Source: a candidate division WOR-3 bacterium (GTDB lineage Bacteria > Hydrothermota > Hydrothermia > WGAB01). From it: DNA of 64,000 nucleotides. The stretch is from contig WFXO01000029.1 in assembly GCA_015490555.1 (NCBI GenBank), positions 2,024-66,023 of the forward strand, given 5' to 3'. Shown here piece by piece: positions 8,267 to 17,236 of the stretch. Within the stretch, counting starts at the first letter, position 1. The number at the start of each line of letters is the position of its first letter. A program made the translations under genes and the position numbers. Below the pieces are notes generated by a model. It had not been told where the DNA came from. It made no database searches and saw nothing but the letters and a program-made list of their open reading frames with translations.

Positions 8267-9226
8267 TCAGGTAGCAGGAAGATGGGTTTGGAGGTATCGG
8301 ATTGCGTTTTCGTGGGTCCAGGCCTCCAAGGTCTTTTGGGAGACACCGGCCTGTCCCAGTGCCCGAACCACGTCCTGGATCTTTTCCACCCGCTCGATGC
8401 CGGGGATCTCATCCTCCTTGCCGAAGCCAAAGAAATCGGTCCCTACGGCCAACCCATTGGGGAAAGCCTGCAGGAGTTCTGTCAGGGTCTGGACGAGGTC
8501 TTCGAAGCCCATCTGTTCATCCTCAAAGAAGAGCCGGGCCAGGGCCACGCCGACAATGCCTCCCTTTTCCATCACCCGTCGGGTGACGTCCCAGGAAATA
8601 TTCCGTGTCTTCTTCGGCTGTTTCAGGATCCCCGTATGGGACACGATGGGGGGACGGATGTCCATCTCTAAGACATCCGCGTAGGTCCTGGGAGACGCAT
8701 GGGCCAGGTCCAGGATGAATCCGAGGTCCGAGGCCTTTTCGACCATCTGCCGTCCAAACGGGGTGAGCCCCTGGTCATGGGGGTCACTGGCCCCGGTTGC
8801 CCACAGATTGGAGACGTTCCAGGTCAGGCCCAGGATCCGGACCCCGATCCGATAAAGAGCCCGGAGCAGCCAGACATCCGTGAGTTCATAGGCCCCTTCA
8901 TAGGCCAGGAGGATACCAATGCGATTCGAGGCCAAACACCGTTCCAGGTCCTTCTGGGTCTCCAGGATCATGAGGTCATCCGCGAACTGTTCCGCCAGTT
9001 CTCGCGTCTTCTCCGCGGCCCGAAGCACGTGTTTGATCGCATCTTCAGAAAGATAGGTGCCCCAATGACGCCGTAAGGAAAAGATCGCCCCCACAACGAT
9101 TTTGTAGTCGCCCTTCCGCCAGGAGGGGAGATCGCCGTGAAGGTGGGGACACACTTGCCCGAAATCCAGGGACCGTTCTCCCTGGATCGTCGTGATCACG
9201 TCTTCATGCAGATCGACCACCCACAT
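8267..9226 (-). CDS. Membrane (renal-type) dipeptidase, peptidase family M19
   Basis: 319 aa. MWVVDLHEDVITTIQGERSL..., LGLTWNVSNLWA and ILDLAHASP are M19 dipeptidase signatures (DLHxD, zinc ligands). Confidence 0.8.
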   Translation of the reverse strand: MWVVDLHEDVITTIQGERSLDFGQVCPHLHGDLPSWRKGDYKIVVGAIFSLRRHWGTYLSEDAIKHVLRAAEKTRELAEQFADDLMILETQKDLERCLASNRIGILLAYEGAYELTDVWLLRALYRIGVRILGLTWNVSNLWATGASDPHDQGLTPFGRQMVEKASDLGFILDLAHASPRTYADVLEMDIRPPIVSHTGILKQPKKTRNISWDVTRRVMEKGGIVGVALARLFFEDEQMGFEDLVQTLTELLQAFPNGLAVGTDFFGFGKEDEIPGIERVEKIQDVVRALGQAGVSQKTLEAWTHENAIRYLQTHLPAT

Positions 9227-9239
9227 GGTTTCCTCCCTG

Positions 9240-11249
9240 TCAAAACTCCCAATGGGATTGGATCTTCGCCACGATGGCTTCCGGTGTCAGCCCGAAGGCC
9301 TGGAAGACATCCCGATACGGTGCCGATTTCCCGAACGTTTCCACGCCGATCACCAGGCCCTCGCTGCCGACATACCGGTACCAACAACCGGGATGTGCGG
9401 CTTCGATGGCGACCCTCCGGGTGACCTCTGGGGGCAGCACGGTGTGGCGGTACGCCTCCGGTTGCTCTTCGAAGAGTTCCAGGCTCGGGACACTGACGGT
9501 CCGAACGCGGATCCCCTTGGTTTCCAGGGCGTCGTGGACCTGGAGAGCGAGATAGACTTCTGAACCTGAGGCCATCAAGAGGAGGTCCGGGGTCCCGGAG
9601 GAATCTTTGAGGACATAGGCGCCCTTTCGGGTCCCCTCTGCTCCCCCGAGTTCGGAACGGTCCAGGATAGGGACCCCCTGTCGGGTGAGCAACAAAGCCA
9701 CGGGTCGATGTCTGAGGTTGACGGCGATTTCCCAGGCGTAGCGGGTCTCATTGGCGTCCGCAGGTCGGAGCACGACCAGCCCCGGGATGAGCCGGAGGGA
9801 AGGCAGGTGTTCCACGGGCTGATGGGTCGGCCCATCCTCGCCCAGTCCGATCGAATCGTGGCTAAACACGAAAATGACGTGGAGATGGCTCATGGCGGCC
9901 AGGCGGATCGCCGGCCGCATGTAGTCCGAGAACACCAAAAAGGTCCCTCCAAAGGGAAGGATCCCCCCGTGGTAGGCCAACCCGTTGAGGATGGCCCCCA
10001 TCCCATGTTCCCGGACCCCGAAATGCAGGTAACGACCCGTGCGATTTTGGCGGGTGAACACCTCGATGTTTTTCAGGTCCAGCCCGTTGGAGCCCCGAAG
10101 GTCTGCAGAGCCGCCCATCATGCCTTCAATTTTGGACACAATCACATCCAGCACTTTTTGGGACGCCTTCCGGGTGGCCAGGGGTCCATCCTCAGGCCGA
10201 AAGGCCGGCAACTCTTCTGCTGAGATGGGGCCAAATTCGCCACGAGAAAAAAGGTCCAGTTTTTTGGCTTTCTCGGGGAATTCCCGTTGATAGGCCTCCC
10301 AGAGTTTTCGCCATTCCGCCTCTCGTTGTTGTCCCAGTTGACGGTGCCGTCGCATATACGACAGCACATCTTCCGGCACTTCAAAGGGGGCGTAAGGCCA
10401 GTTCAGGCGTTTGCGAGTCTCTGCCACCGCTTCGGGTCCTAAGGGCGCGCCGTGGGCCGAGGCCTGATCCTGCTTGGGGCTCCCATAGCCGATATGCGTC
10501 CGCACGGCGATAAGGGAGGGCCGATCCGTCACTGCTTTGGCCTCTTGAATGGCCTGATCGATGGCCTCCAGGTCTGTTCCGTCGTCCACCCGGAGTGTGT
10601 GCCACCCCAAGGCGTCAAACCGTCGGAGGACATCCTCTGACCAGGCGAGGCGGGTGGGGCCGTCAATCGAAATACGATTGTCATCCCAGAGGACGATCAG
10701 TTTGCCGAGCCCCAGGTGTCCTGCGAGGTTCGCCGCTTCGTGGGAGACCCCCTCCATCAGATCGCCATCGCTGGCGATGACATAGGTGTAATGGTCAATC
10801 ACGGGAAACCCCGGCTCATTGTATGTCGCCGCGAGGTGAGCTTCGGCGATCGCCATACCTACGGCATTGCCGAACCCCTGTCCCAGGGGACCCGAGGTGA
10901 CTTCGACGCCAGGCGTCAGGCCAAACTCCGGATGGCCGGGTGTGATGCTGTTGAGATGGCGAAACCGTTTGATGTCGTCCAGGGTGATGTCGAACCCGGT
11001 CAGATACAGGAGGGCGTAAAGGAGCATCGAGCCGTGGCCGGCGGATAACACGAATCGGTCCCGGTTGATCCAATGGGGGTTCTGGGGGTTGAATCGGAGA
11101 TGCCGATCCCAGAGCACGAAGGCCATGGGGGCGGTCCCCATCGGCATCCCCGGGTGTCCGGACCGGGCATGTTCCACGGCGTCAATCGCCAAAAAACGGA
11201 TGGCGTTGATCACCCGTTCTTCAAGGTCTGGATGATTGGATGGGGTCAT
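9240..11249 (-). CDS. tkt: Transketolase
   Basis: 669 aa. N-terminal ...[65 protein letters not shown] carries the canonical TPP-binding/transketolase motifs. Confidence 0.9.
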   Translation of the reverse strand: MTPSNHPDLEERVINAIRFLAIDAVEHARSGHPGMPMGTAPMAFVLWDRHLRFNPQNPHWINRDRFVLSAGHGSMLLYALLYLTGFDITLDDIKRFRHLNSITPGHPEFGLTPGVEVTSGPLGQGFGNAVGMAIAEAHLAATYNEPGFPVIDHYTYVIASDGDLMEGVSHEAANLAGHLGLGKLIVLWDDNRISIDGPTRLAWSEDVLRRFDALGWHTLRVDDGTDLEAIDQAIQEAKAVTDRPSLIAVRTHIGYGSPKQDQASAHGAPLGPEAVAETRKRLNWPYAPFEVPEDVLSYMRRHRQLGQQREAEWRKLWEAYQREFPEKAKKLDLFSRGEFGPISAEELPAFRPEDGPLATRKASQKVLDVIVSKIEGMMGGSADLRGSNGLDLKNIEVFTRQNRTGRYLHFGVREHGMGAILNGLAYHGGILPFGGTFLVFSDYMRPAIRLAAMSHLHVIFVFSHDSIGLGEDGPTHQPVEHLPSLRLIPGLVVLRPADANETRYAWEIAVNLRHRPVALLLTRQGVPILDRSELGGAEGTRKGAYVLKDSSGTPDLLLMASGSEVYLALQVHDALETKGIRVRTVSVPSLELFEEQPEAYRHTVLPPEVTRRVAIEAAHPGCWYRYVGSEGLVIGVETFGKSAPYRDVFQAFGLTPEAIVAKIQSHWEF

Positions 11250-11752
11250 GGTCCACTCCTTTCTATCTTGATGGACAGAGGATCGTCTTCTGAAATTTGT
11301 AAATCTCCCGAGTCCTCAGCAATACAGAGCCGCACAAAAGGAATCGAGTGTTCCTGAAGTATTTTTTCAATATCGAACCAGGGTGCGTGAAACAGGTGGG
11401 ATTTGCAGGAGCAATCGGAACTCCCAAAGCCCAGCGCGGCGATTTCAAAACGGCCTTGCAGGAGTTCTGCCAGAGAACACTCGATAGGGTGATCCGAAGG
11501 GATCAGATAAATCCGTGACGGAAGCGTGGCCCCCAAAATCTGGTCAATATGCCAGTGGGGTGGCCGAGGAGATCGAGGCTTCTTTTGGTGGAACCTCAGG
11601 TGTCGGGCCACCCGTTGGAAGCCCTGGGATCCCATGGCAGAGCCGACATAGACCAACGGGCTTCTGAGCCACTGCTCTCGAGGCCGCTGGATCCAGAGTT
11701 CGCCGGGAAACTCAAAATAAAGAAGATACGCACCTTTCTGTTGGACAGCCAT
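11246..11752 (-). CDS. DUF123 / COG1833 Uri-superfamily (GIY-YIG-like) endonuclease family protein
   Basis: 168 aa. [27 protein letters not shown] and HWHIDQIL match the G-Y-Y-x-GSA / RxxRH / HWHIDYL signature I recall for archaeal DUF123 proteins. Stop overlaps the tkt start (ATGA). Confidence 0.5.
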   Translation of the reverse strand: MAVQQKGAYLLYFEFPGELWIQRPREQWLRSPLVYVGSAMGSQGFQRVARHLRFHQKKPRSPRPPHWHIDQILGATLPSRIYLIPSDHPIECSLAELLQGRFEIAALGFGSSDCSCKSHLFHAPWFDIEKILQEHSIPFVRLCIAEDSGDLQISEDDPLSIKIERSGP

Positions 11753-11990
11753 GGGAAAATTATACGCCTGGCATTCCTGGATCCTGCCGACGGAATCTCA
11801 TCTTCCCATCCGGTTGTTGCTTCACGACCTCCCGGACCTCCATTGGATTTGTGTGGCGACTGTGGATTCCAAGCGTGGGTCTCCCCACGAATCATTCGGC
11901 AAAGAGAGCGGATCGATTTGAAACCGTGCAACGATCCATAGGAGCGTTCTGAGGATGGGTTCTGAAGGCTTTATAATAGACACCGAACTT

Positions 11991-12063
11991 GGGGCCGTAG
12001 CTCAGTTGGGAGAGCGTCAGGCTGGCAGTCTGAAGGTCGTGGGTTCGAATCCCACCGGCTCCA
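11991..12063 (+). tRNA. tRNA-Ala (anticodon GGC)
   Basis: 73-nt cloverleaf. Acceptor GGGGCCG/CGGCTCC with the G3:U70 Ala identity pair. D arm GCTC-AGTTGGGA-GAGC. Anticodon arm TCAGG-CTGGCAG-TCTGA (GGC at 12024-12026, U33/A37 present). T arm GTGGG-TTCGAAT-CCCAC. Discriminator A. No encoded CCA. Confidence 0.85.
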
Positions 12064-12075
12064 CTTCTCTTTTTT

Positions 12076-12474
12076 ATGTCCACTTTTGATCGCGACGACT
12101 ATTGTTTCGCCTGTGGCCCCCGGAACCCCATCGGCTTGAAACTCCAGATCCAGAAGACGGACGAGGGGGCAAAAACTGTCTTCATCCCACGGAAAGAATA
12201 CCAGGGCTTCCACAAGGTCCTTCACGGGGGGATCACCGCGACCCTCCTGGACGAGGTCATGGTCTGGGCCGCATTCCTGCACGGCTACCCTGTGGCCACC
12301 GCAAAATTGGAGATCACCTTCCGGCGTCCTATTGCGGTGGAAACGCCGATCACGGCTTATGCACGGTTGTTGGACATCCGGGACCGTCGAATCCACGCCG
12401 AAGCCATCGCCGAACAAAACGGCAAAAAGGTAGCCCAAGCACGGGCGATCTTAGCCCGAATCACCTCCAAATGA
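12076..12474 (+). CDS. Hotdog-fold acyl-CoA thioesterase (PaaI/YbgC-like)
   Basis: 132 aa. FHKVLHGGITATLLDEVMVWAA matches the HGG...D catalytic motif of the PaaI-type thioesterase family. Starts 12 nt after the tRNA. Confidence 0.7.
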   Translation: MSTFDRDDYCFACGPRNPIGLKLQIQKTDEGAKTVFIPRKEYQGFHKVLHGGITATLLDEVMVWAAFLHGYPVATAKLEITFRRPIAVETPITAYARLLDIRDRRIHAEAIAEQNGKKVAQARAILARITSK

Positions 12475-13151
12475 TCCTCTTATTTGACATTGACGGGACC
12501 CTGATCCTTTCCGGGGGTGCGGGCACACGCGCCTTTAATCGCGTCTTCGAAGAGTTCTATGGCATCCCACACGCAATGGATGGCTATGCTCCTCAGGGCA
12601 AGACGGATACCCTGATCGCCAAAGAACTCTATGAGCAGTGGCTGGGGCAGCGCCCTACGGAGGCAGAAATCCAACGGATTCTCCGGCGTTATGTGGAGTT
12701 TCTGCGTGAAGAGGTCCCCCGTTCCTCAGGATATCGGGTGCTTCCCGGCGTCACAAAAGTTTTGGAGAAACTTTCCCAGGCACCGGATGTCCTCCTTGGC
12801 CTGGCCACCGGGAACATTGAAGAAGGGGCCAAAGCCAAACTTTCCAGAGCCAACCTTTTTCATTTTTTCGAATTTGGGGTGTACGGGGACCATGTCGATC
12901 GTAGCGTGATCCTCAAGCAGGCAAGGGACCTCGGGCGACAATTGGCAAGGGAGCGAGGAATCCCGACGGACCGGGTGATTGCCGTAGGGGATACCGTTCG
13001 AGACATCTGGGCCGCACGAGCCGCTCACGTGGAAGTGGTGATCGTCACCACAGGCCCGGAGCCGCCGGACCTCCTGGCTGCGGAACATCCCGATCTCTTG
13101 ATTCGACGGCTGGATGACCCTGCATTTGAGGCGTATCTCCATGGAGATTGA
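12471..13151 (+). CDS. HAD-superfamily hydrolase (phosphatase)
   Basis: ATG at 12471 overlaps the thioesterase stop. MILLFDIDGTLILSGGAGTRAF is HAD motif I (DxDGT). GLATGN is motif II, VIAVGDTVRDIWAA is motif IV. The track ORF 12102-13151 is a frame-overlap extension. Confidence 0.75.
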   Translation: MILLFDIDGTLILSGGAGTRAFNRVFEEFYGIPHAMDGYAPQGKTDTLIAKELYEQWLGQRPTEAEIQRILRRYVEFLREEVPRSSGYRVLPGVTKVLEKLSQAPDVLLGLATGNIEEGAKAKLSRANLFHFFEFGVYGDHVDRSVILKQARDLGRQLARERGIPTDRVIAVGDTVRDIWAARAAHVEVVIVTTGPEPPDLLAAEHPDLLIRRLDDPAFEAYLHGD

Positions 13152-13779
13152 ACGCATCGTCGTTGGCCCTCTGGAAACGAACTGTTATCTCGTCCACGAC
13201 GGCGACGTGTGCTGGATCATCGATCCCGGGGCGGATGCCGATCAGATCCTCCAACGCCTGGAAGCCCTTGGCTGGACCCCGGTAGCCATCCTTGTGACCC
13301 ACGGCCATTTTGACCATGTCGGAGCGGTACAGCCGTTACAACGCCACTATGACATCCCCTTCTGGGCGCATCGAGACGAAGCCGAGGTCCTGGCCTATCA
13401 GACTCCGGAAAGGGTCCTCGAGAATTGGGGCGTCCGGATCGCCCCCATCCCCGCGCCGGATCGGTGGCTCGAAGACGGTGAGGCTCTCTCCCTGGGCACG
13501 ACCTCGTGGCGGGTCTGGCATACGCCCGGCCACTCGCCCGGCTCCATTTGCTTGGTGGGTCCAGGAGTTGTGTTTACCGGGGATCTCCTTTTCCACCTGA
13601 GTGTCGGGCGGACCGATATCCGGGGTGGCGACGTTGGACGGCTCCAGGCCTCCCTCCGCCGGCTCCTGAGCCTCCCTCCGGAGACCCGGGTTCTGCCTGG
13701 TCATGGGCCGGAGACCACCCTTGGCTTCGAAATCCAGCACAATCCGTTCCTTTGGGGCCTGGACGCATCCGGTGTATAA
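13141..13779 (+). CDS. MBL-fold metallo-hydrolase (glyoxalase II-like)
   Basis: MEIERIVVGPLETNCYLV...AILVTHGHFDHVGAV carries the HxHxDH zinc motif. Overlaps the HAD gene stop. Confidence 0.75.
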   Translation: MEIERIVVGPLETNCYLVHDGDVCWIIDPGADADQILQRLEALGWTPVAILVTHGHFDHVGAVQPLQRHYDIPFWAHRDEAEVLAYQTPERVLENWGVRIAPIPAPDRWLEDGEALSLGTTSWRVWHTPGHSPGSICLVGPGVVFTGDLLFHLSVGRTDIRGGDVGRLQASLRRLLSLPPETRVLPGHGPETTLGFEIQHNPFLWGLDASGV

Positions 13780-13789
13780 TTGGAAAGCC

Positions 13790-14023
13790 ATGAATCTGGG
13801 ATTTCAGGAACTGTTGGTTATCTTTCTCGTCATCCTTTTGGTCTTTGGGCCCAAGAAACTCCCTCAGTTGGCCCAGGCCTTGGGGAAGGCCGTCCGTGAG
13901 TTTCGAAACGCCACGCGGGAAATCGAAGAATCCATCAAGGAAATCGAGCGCTCCGTAGACCTCGAAGAAAAACCCACCCCACCGCCACCGCCCTCATCAT
14001 CCAGTGGGACACAGGAGTCTTAA
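13790..14023 (+). CDS. tatA: Twin-arginine translocase subunit TatA/E
   Basis: 77 aa. MNLGFQELLVIFLVILLVFGPKKLPQLAQALGKAVREFR is the TatA TM helix plus amphipathic helix (FGPKKLP motif). Pro/Ser-rich tail. Confidence 0.8.
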   Translation: MNLGFQELLVIFLVILLVFGPKKLPQLAQALGKAVREFRNATREIEESIKEIERSVDLEEKPTPPPPPSSSSGTQES

Positions 14024-14840
14024 GGTGGACCTCTGGAATGTCCGCGATTGGGTCCAAGAAGGGCTCCGTGTGATCGGTGTCATCCACCTCCTTCCGCTTC
14101 CCGGAAGTCCCCGCTATCAAGGCTCGATGGCCCAGATCATGGATCGTGCCCTGGAAGATGCCGATGCCTTGATCCAGGGAGGCGTCCATGCGATTCTTGT
14201 TGAGAACTTTGGGGATGTCCCCTTCTGGAAGGATCGGCTTCCTGAAGAGACCCTGAGTGCCTTCACGGTGGTGGCCTACGAGATCCGAAAACATCACCCC
14301 CTTCCGATGGGGATCAACCTTCTGAGGAACGCAAGTCGTGCCGCCCTTTCTGTCGCTCACGCGGTGGGTGCCCAATTTATTCGGATCAATGTCCCCATCG
14401 GAGCGCGGTTAACCCCCGAGGGATGGATCGAGGGCCGCATGGCAGAGACGGCCCGATTGCGCTCTCAACTCGGGACGTCTGTCGCCTTCTTTGAAGACGT
14501 GCATGTCAAGCACTCGTGGCCGGTGGGCCAAGAGCCCCCACTTCGAGATCTTGTAGAAGAAACCGTCCAGCGTGGGGTGGCGGATGCGTTGATCGTGACC
14601 GGGCCAAGGACAGGGGAAGAGGTCGATCCAAAGCATCTCAACGAGGTCTACCGGTATGCCGACGTCCCGGTCTTTGCCGGGAGCGGGGTCACGACCGAGA
14701 ATTTGGCCCGGATCGTGCGGTCGTGCCATGGGGTCATCGTCGGGACAACCTTCAAAAAAGACGGCAATATCTCCAATCCTGTGGACCCCGACCGTGTCCA
14801 GCAGTTCATGGACCGGGTCCATGCCCTCACCCCCTCCTGA
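14004..14840 (+). CDS. BtpA/SgcQ-family TIM-barrel protein
   Basis: 278 aa. GVIHLLPLPGSPRY...ALIQGGVHAILVENFGDVPF resembles the BtpA family signature. GTG start at 14004 overlaps the tatA stop. Confidence 0.6.
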   Translation: MGHRSLKVDLWNVRDWVQEGLRVIGVIHLLPLPGSPRYQGSMAQIMDRALEDADALIQGGVHAILVENFGDVPFWKDRLPEETLSAFTVVAYEIRKHHPLPMGINLLRNASRAALSVAHAVGAQFIRINVPIGARLTPEGWIEGRMAETARLRSQLGTSVAFFEDVHVKHSWPVGQEPPLRDLVEETVQRGVADALIVTGPRTGEEVDPKHLNEVYRYADVPVFAGSGVTTENLARIVRSCHGVIVGTTFKKDGNISNPVDPDRVQQFMDRVHALTPS

Positions 14841-14884
14841 CCGAAAAGTCTGAAATCGAATTCCTCAGGGTAAGGGGCCTTTTC

Positions 14885-15952
14885 TCAATCCACCCAATCC
14901 GCGATGAAGATGTCGTATTGCCGAGGTTTCTCGGCGGCCCGATTCGACGCAAAGATGATCTTTTTGCCGTCCGGGCTGAACATCGGGAAGGAGTTGAATG
15001 TCCCCTTGTAAGTCACCCGTTCCAGGTTCTTCCCATCAATGTCGATCATGTAAAGGTCGTAATCCCATTGTCCCGGGGCATGGAGGTTCGACACAAAGAT
15101 AATTCGCTTCTCGTCGGGGAACATGAAGGGCGCGAAGTTGGTCACATTCTCCGGGGTGTGAGTGACCTGCCAGAAGGTATCGCGTTCCATGTCGTACACG
15201 TAGATCTCCATATGGCCTAAACGAACGAAGCCATTCTTGAGGTCTTCACGAAATTGTTTAAGTTCGGTGGAATCTGTGATGTGGTGGGCTCGATACACGA
15301 CATAACGGCCGGACTTGGAAAAGAAGGAGCCACCGTCGTAGCCCGGGGTAAAGGTTAGACGTCTCGGCGGTTTGTCATAGGGAGGCTCCAGCACATAGAG
15401 GTCGATATCGCCATCCTTCGCGCTGGTGAAGACGATTTTTCCATCGGGAGAGGGCCCTTCCAACTCTGCGTCGTAGGCAGGACTGCCGTAGAGTTTGTAA
15501 AGGGAATCGGTTTTCAGGTCTCGAACATAGATGTCGTAGTTGAAAAGGGGCCAGGCATACACGTGCTGTTCACGAATCAACTTCCAGACCAACGGGTTTT
15601 CTGGACATTCCGGTCCCATGGTTTCGTGTGTGCTCGCAAAAATGATTTTATCGGGCCCTAAGAAGAAGGAGCAGGAAGTCCGGCCTTTGCCTGTAGAAAC
15701 CATTCGCAGGACCTTTCCGGTTGTATCCATGAGGAAGATCTGGTCGCACGGCAGGGAGTCCATATTGCTCTGGAAGGTGATGTAGCGGCCGTCCGGACTA
15801 AAGTAAGCCTCTGCATTGGCGCCGCCATGCGTTAAACGTTTGAGATGGCGGAGATGGACCTCCCGTGGGTCCTTGTAGAGTTCCTGTGGCTTCTGGCAAC
15901 TGTTTGATCCCAGGACACCCAGTCCGACGAGGAGCCATACCCACTTTTTCAT
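14885..15952 (-). CDS. TolB-like beta-propeller lipoprotein (PD40/WD40-like repeats)
   Basis: 355 aa. Signal peptide with lipobox (LGSNSC). Repeated FSPDGRYITF / SPDGKIVFTS / FSKSGRYVVY / FSPDGKKIIFASNR blades are typical of TolB-like periplasmic proteins. Confidence 0.65.
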   Translation of the reverse strand: MKKWVWLLVGLGVLGSNSCQKPQELYKDPREVHLRHLKRLTHGGANAEAYFSPDGRYITFQSNMDSLPCDQIFLMDTTGKVLRMVSTGKGRTSCSFFLGPDKIIFASTHETMGPECPENPLVWKLIREQHVYAWPLFNYDIYVRDLKTDSLYKLYGSPAYDAELEGPSPDGKIVFTSAKDGDIDLYVLEPPYDKPPRRLTFTPGYDGGSFFSKSGRYVVYRAHHITDSTELKQFREDLKNGFVRLGHMEIYVYDMERDTFWQVTHTPENVTNFAPFMFPDEKRIIFVSNLHAPGQWDYDLYMIDIDGKNLERVTYKGTFNSFPMFSPDGKKIIFASNRAAEKPRQYDIFIADWVD

Positions 15953-15976
15953 AAAGACCTCCTTCCTTTCTCGGTT

Positions 15977-16474
15977 TTATCCAATCCAATGAATCTCGAA
16001 GGGGAGGGGCGGGGGACTTTCCCTATTGCCGAAAATCGCCCCTCGTTCCCGGGGCACCCACACGGCCTTGGGCTGTACACGCTGATAGACCTCTTGAAGA
16101 ATGTCGAAAAACGGCCCTTCCCTCAATTCGGTCGTTACGGAAAACCCCTGACTTGTCAGTTCCTCTTGGAGTTCTTTTAGCCGTTCTTTAGCCCTTTCTC
16201 GCAGTTCTTCTGTAATCACGGCTCGTACTTCCTGACTGGGTGCTTCCCCCATAAAGCCGAGATAAAGGAGCCAGGTCGAAACAGATTCTGGGAAACGCCC
16301 ATCCAGTACATACAGGATATGGATGGTCCCTTTCTCCGCAAACCTTCGAAGATTTTCCGCCACGTTGGGGGCATCTCTTGTGGGCGAAAGGGCCAAAAGG
16401 ACATCCATGTCTTTAATGTAACGCCCGGCTCGGAAACATACAAATCCCAGTTGCGGAAGTTGTAAGGGTCCCAT
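15977..16474 (-). CDS. Universal stress protein (UspA family)
   Basis: C-terminal ...GTIHILYVLDG...ELREGPFFDILQEV... is Usp-like. ATG at 16474 is preceded by GGAGA. An alternative start is ATG 16408 (MDVLLALSPTRDAP..., a typical Usp N-terminus). The track ORF extends to 16741, which is a spurious extension across the divergent MBL gene start. Confidence 0.55.
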   Translation of the reverse strand: MGPLQLPQLGFVCFRAGRYIKDMDVLLALSPTRDAPNVAENLRRFAEKGTIHILYVLDGRFPESVSTWLLYLGFMGEAPSQEVRAVITEELRERAKERLKELQEELTSQGFSVTTELREGPFFDILQEVYQRVQPKAVWVPRERGAIFGNRESPPPLPFEIHWIG

Positions 16475-16486
16475 ACCATCTCCGAC

Positions 16487-17236
16487 ATGGAGATTCTCTT
16501 CCTCGGAACAGGCACCGGGATTCCAGGAAACGGTCGGCGGCCGACCAGCGTCGCGATCCGGGAGGGCTCGGAGACCCTCCTGATCGACGTGGGACCGGGA
16601 ACCATCACGACCTTTGGGAATGAAGGATTCTCCCTTGCCGATCTCCGTGCCGTGATCCTGACCCATTTCCACCTGGACCATTGTTCGGATCTCGGGGCCC
16701 TGCTTTTCGCGATGAAACATGGGCTTCCCCAACGGACCCACCCTCTACACCTGTGGGGCCCCTCAGGACTTCGTGTCTGGCTTGATCGTCTTCGGGCCCT
16801 CTTCGGCTCCCAAATCGACGTGCCGTTTGACCTCCACGTCCATGAGGTCACGCCCCCGAGCCGTGCCATCCTGGGCCCCTTCCAATGTCAATTTTGGAAA
16901 ACGCAGCACACGGACCACAGCCTGGGAGTCATTGTGGAGGTTGAAGGGCGGAAAGTGATTTACACCAGTGACACGGAATTTTCAGAGGCCTGGGTCCAGC
17001 AACTGCCCCAACATCCCGAAGTGTTGATTACGGAATGCTCCCTACCATTTCGGGTTCCCGGCCATATGATCCCGGAAGAGGCCGGCCAGGTGGCTCAACG
17101 GATCCATGCCCAATCCTTGTACTTGGTCCATCTGTATCCCCTCCTCTCCCCCGCTGAAGCCGTCCGAAGGGCTCGGAAGACCTATCAGGGGCCGATTGAG
17201 GTCCCGACCGATGGGTTTCGGCTCCTGGTGCCTTAA
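16487..17236 (+). CDS. MBL-fold metallo-hydrolase (RNase Z / RNase BN-like)
   Basis: MEILFLGTGTGIPGNGRRPTSVAI...LLIDVGPGT...ILTHFHLDHCSDL matches the RNase Z-type HxHxDH pattern. Confidence 0.7.
   Translation: MEILFLGTGTGIPGNGRRPTSVAIREGSETLLIDVGPGTITTFGNEGFSLADLRAVILTHFHLDHCSDLGALLFAMKHGLPQRTHPLHLWGPSGLRVWLDRLRALFGSQIDVPFDLHVHEVTPPSRAILGPFQCQFWKTQHTDHSLGVIVEVEGRKVIYTSDTEFSEAWVQQLPQHPEVLITECSLPFRVPGHMIPEEAGQVAQRIHAQSLYLVHLYPLLSPAEAVRRARKTYQGPIEVPTDGFRLLVP

Noticed and set aside
12102-13151. 349-aa ORF that would fuse the thioesterase region to the HAD hydrolase
   Set aside because: Its first 123 codons are an alternative frame over the thioesterase gene and translate to Pro/Arg/Gly-rich sequence. 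The HAD domain begins at the in-frame ATG 12471, which overlaps the thioesterase stop.
16409-16741. N-terminal 90-110 residue extension of the Usp ORF (track start 16741)
   Set aside because: The extension has no Usp similarity and overlaps the divergent MBL gene starting at 16487. The Usp fold begins at Met 16474 or 16408.
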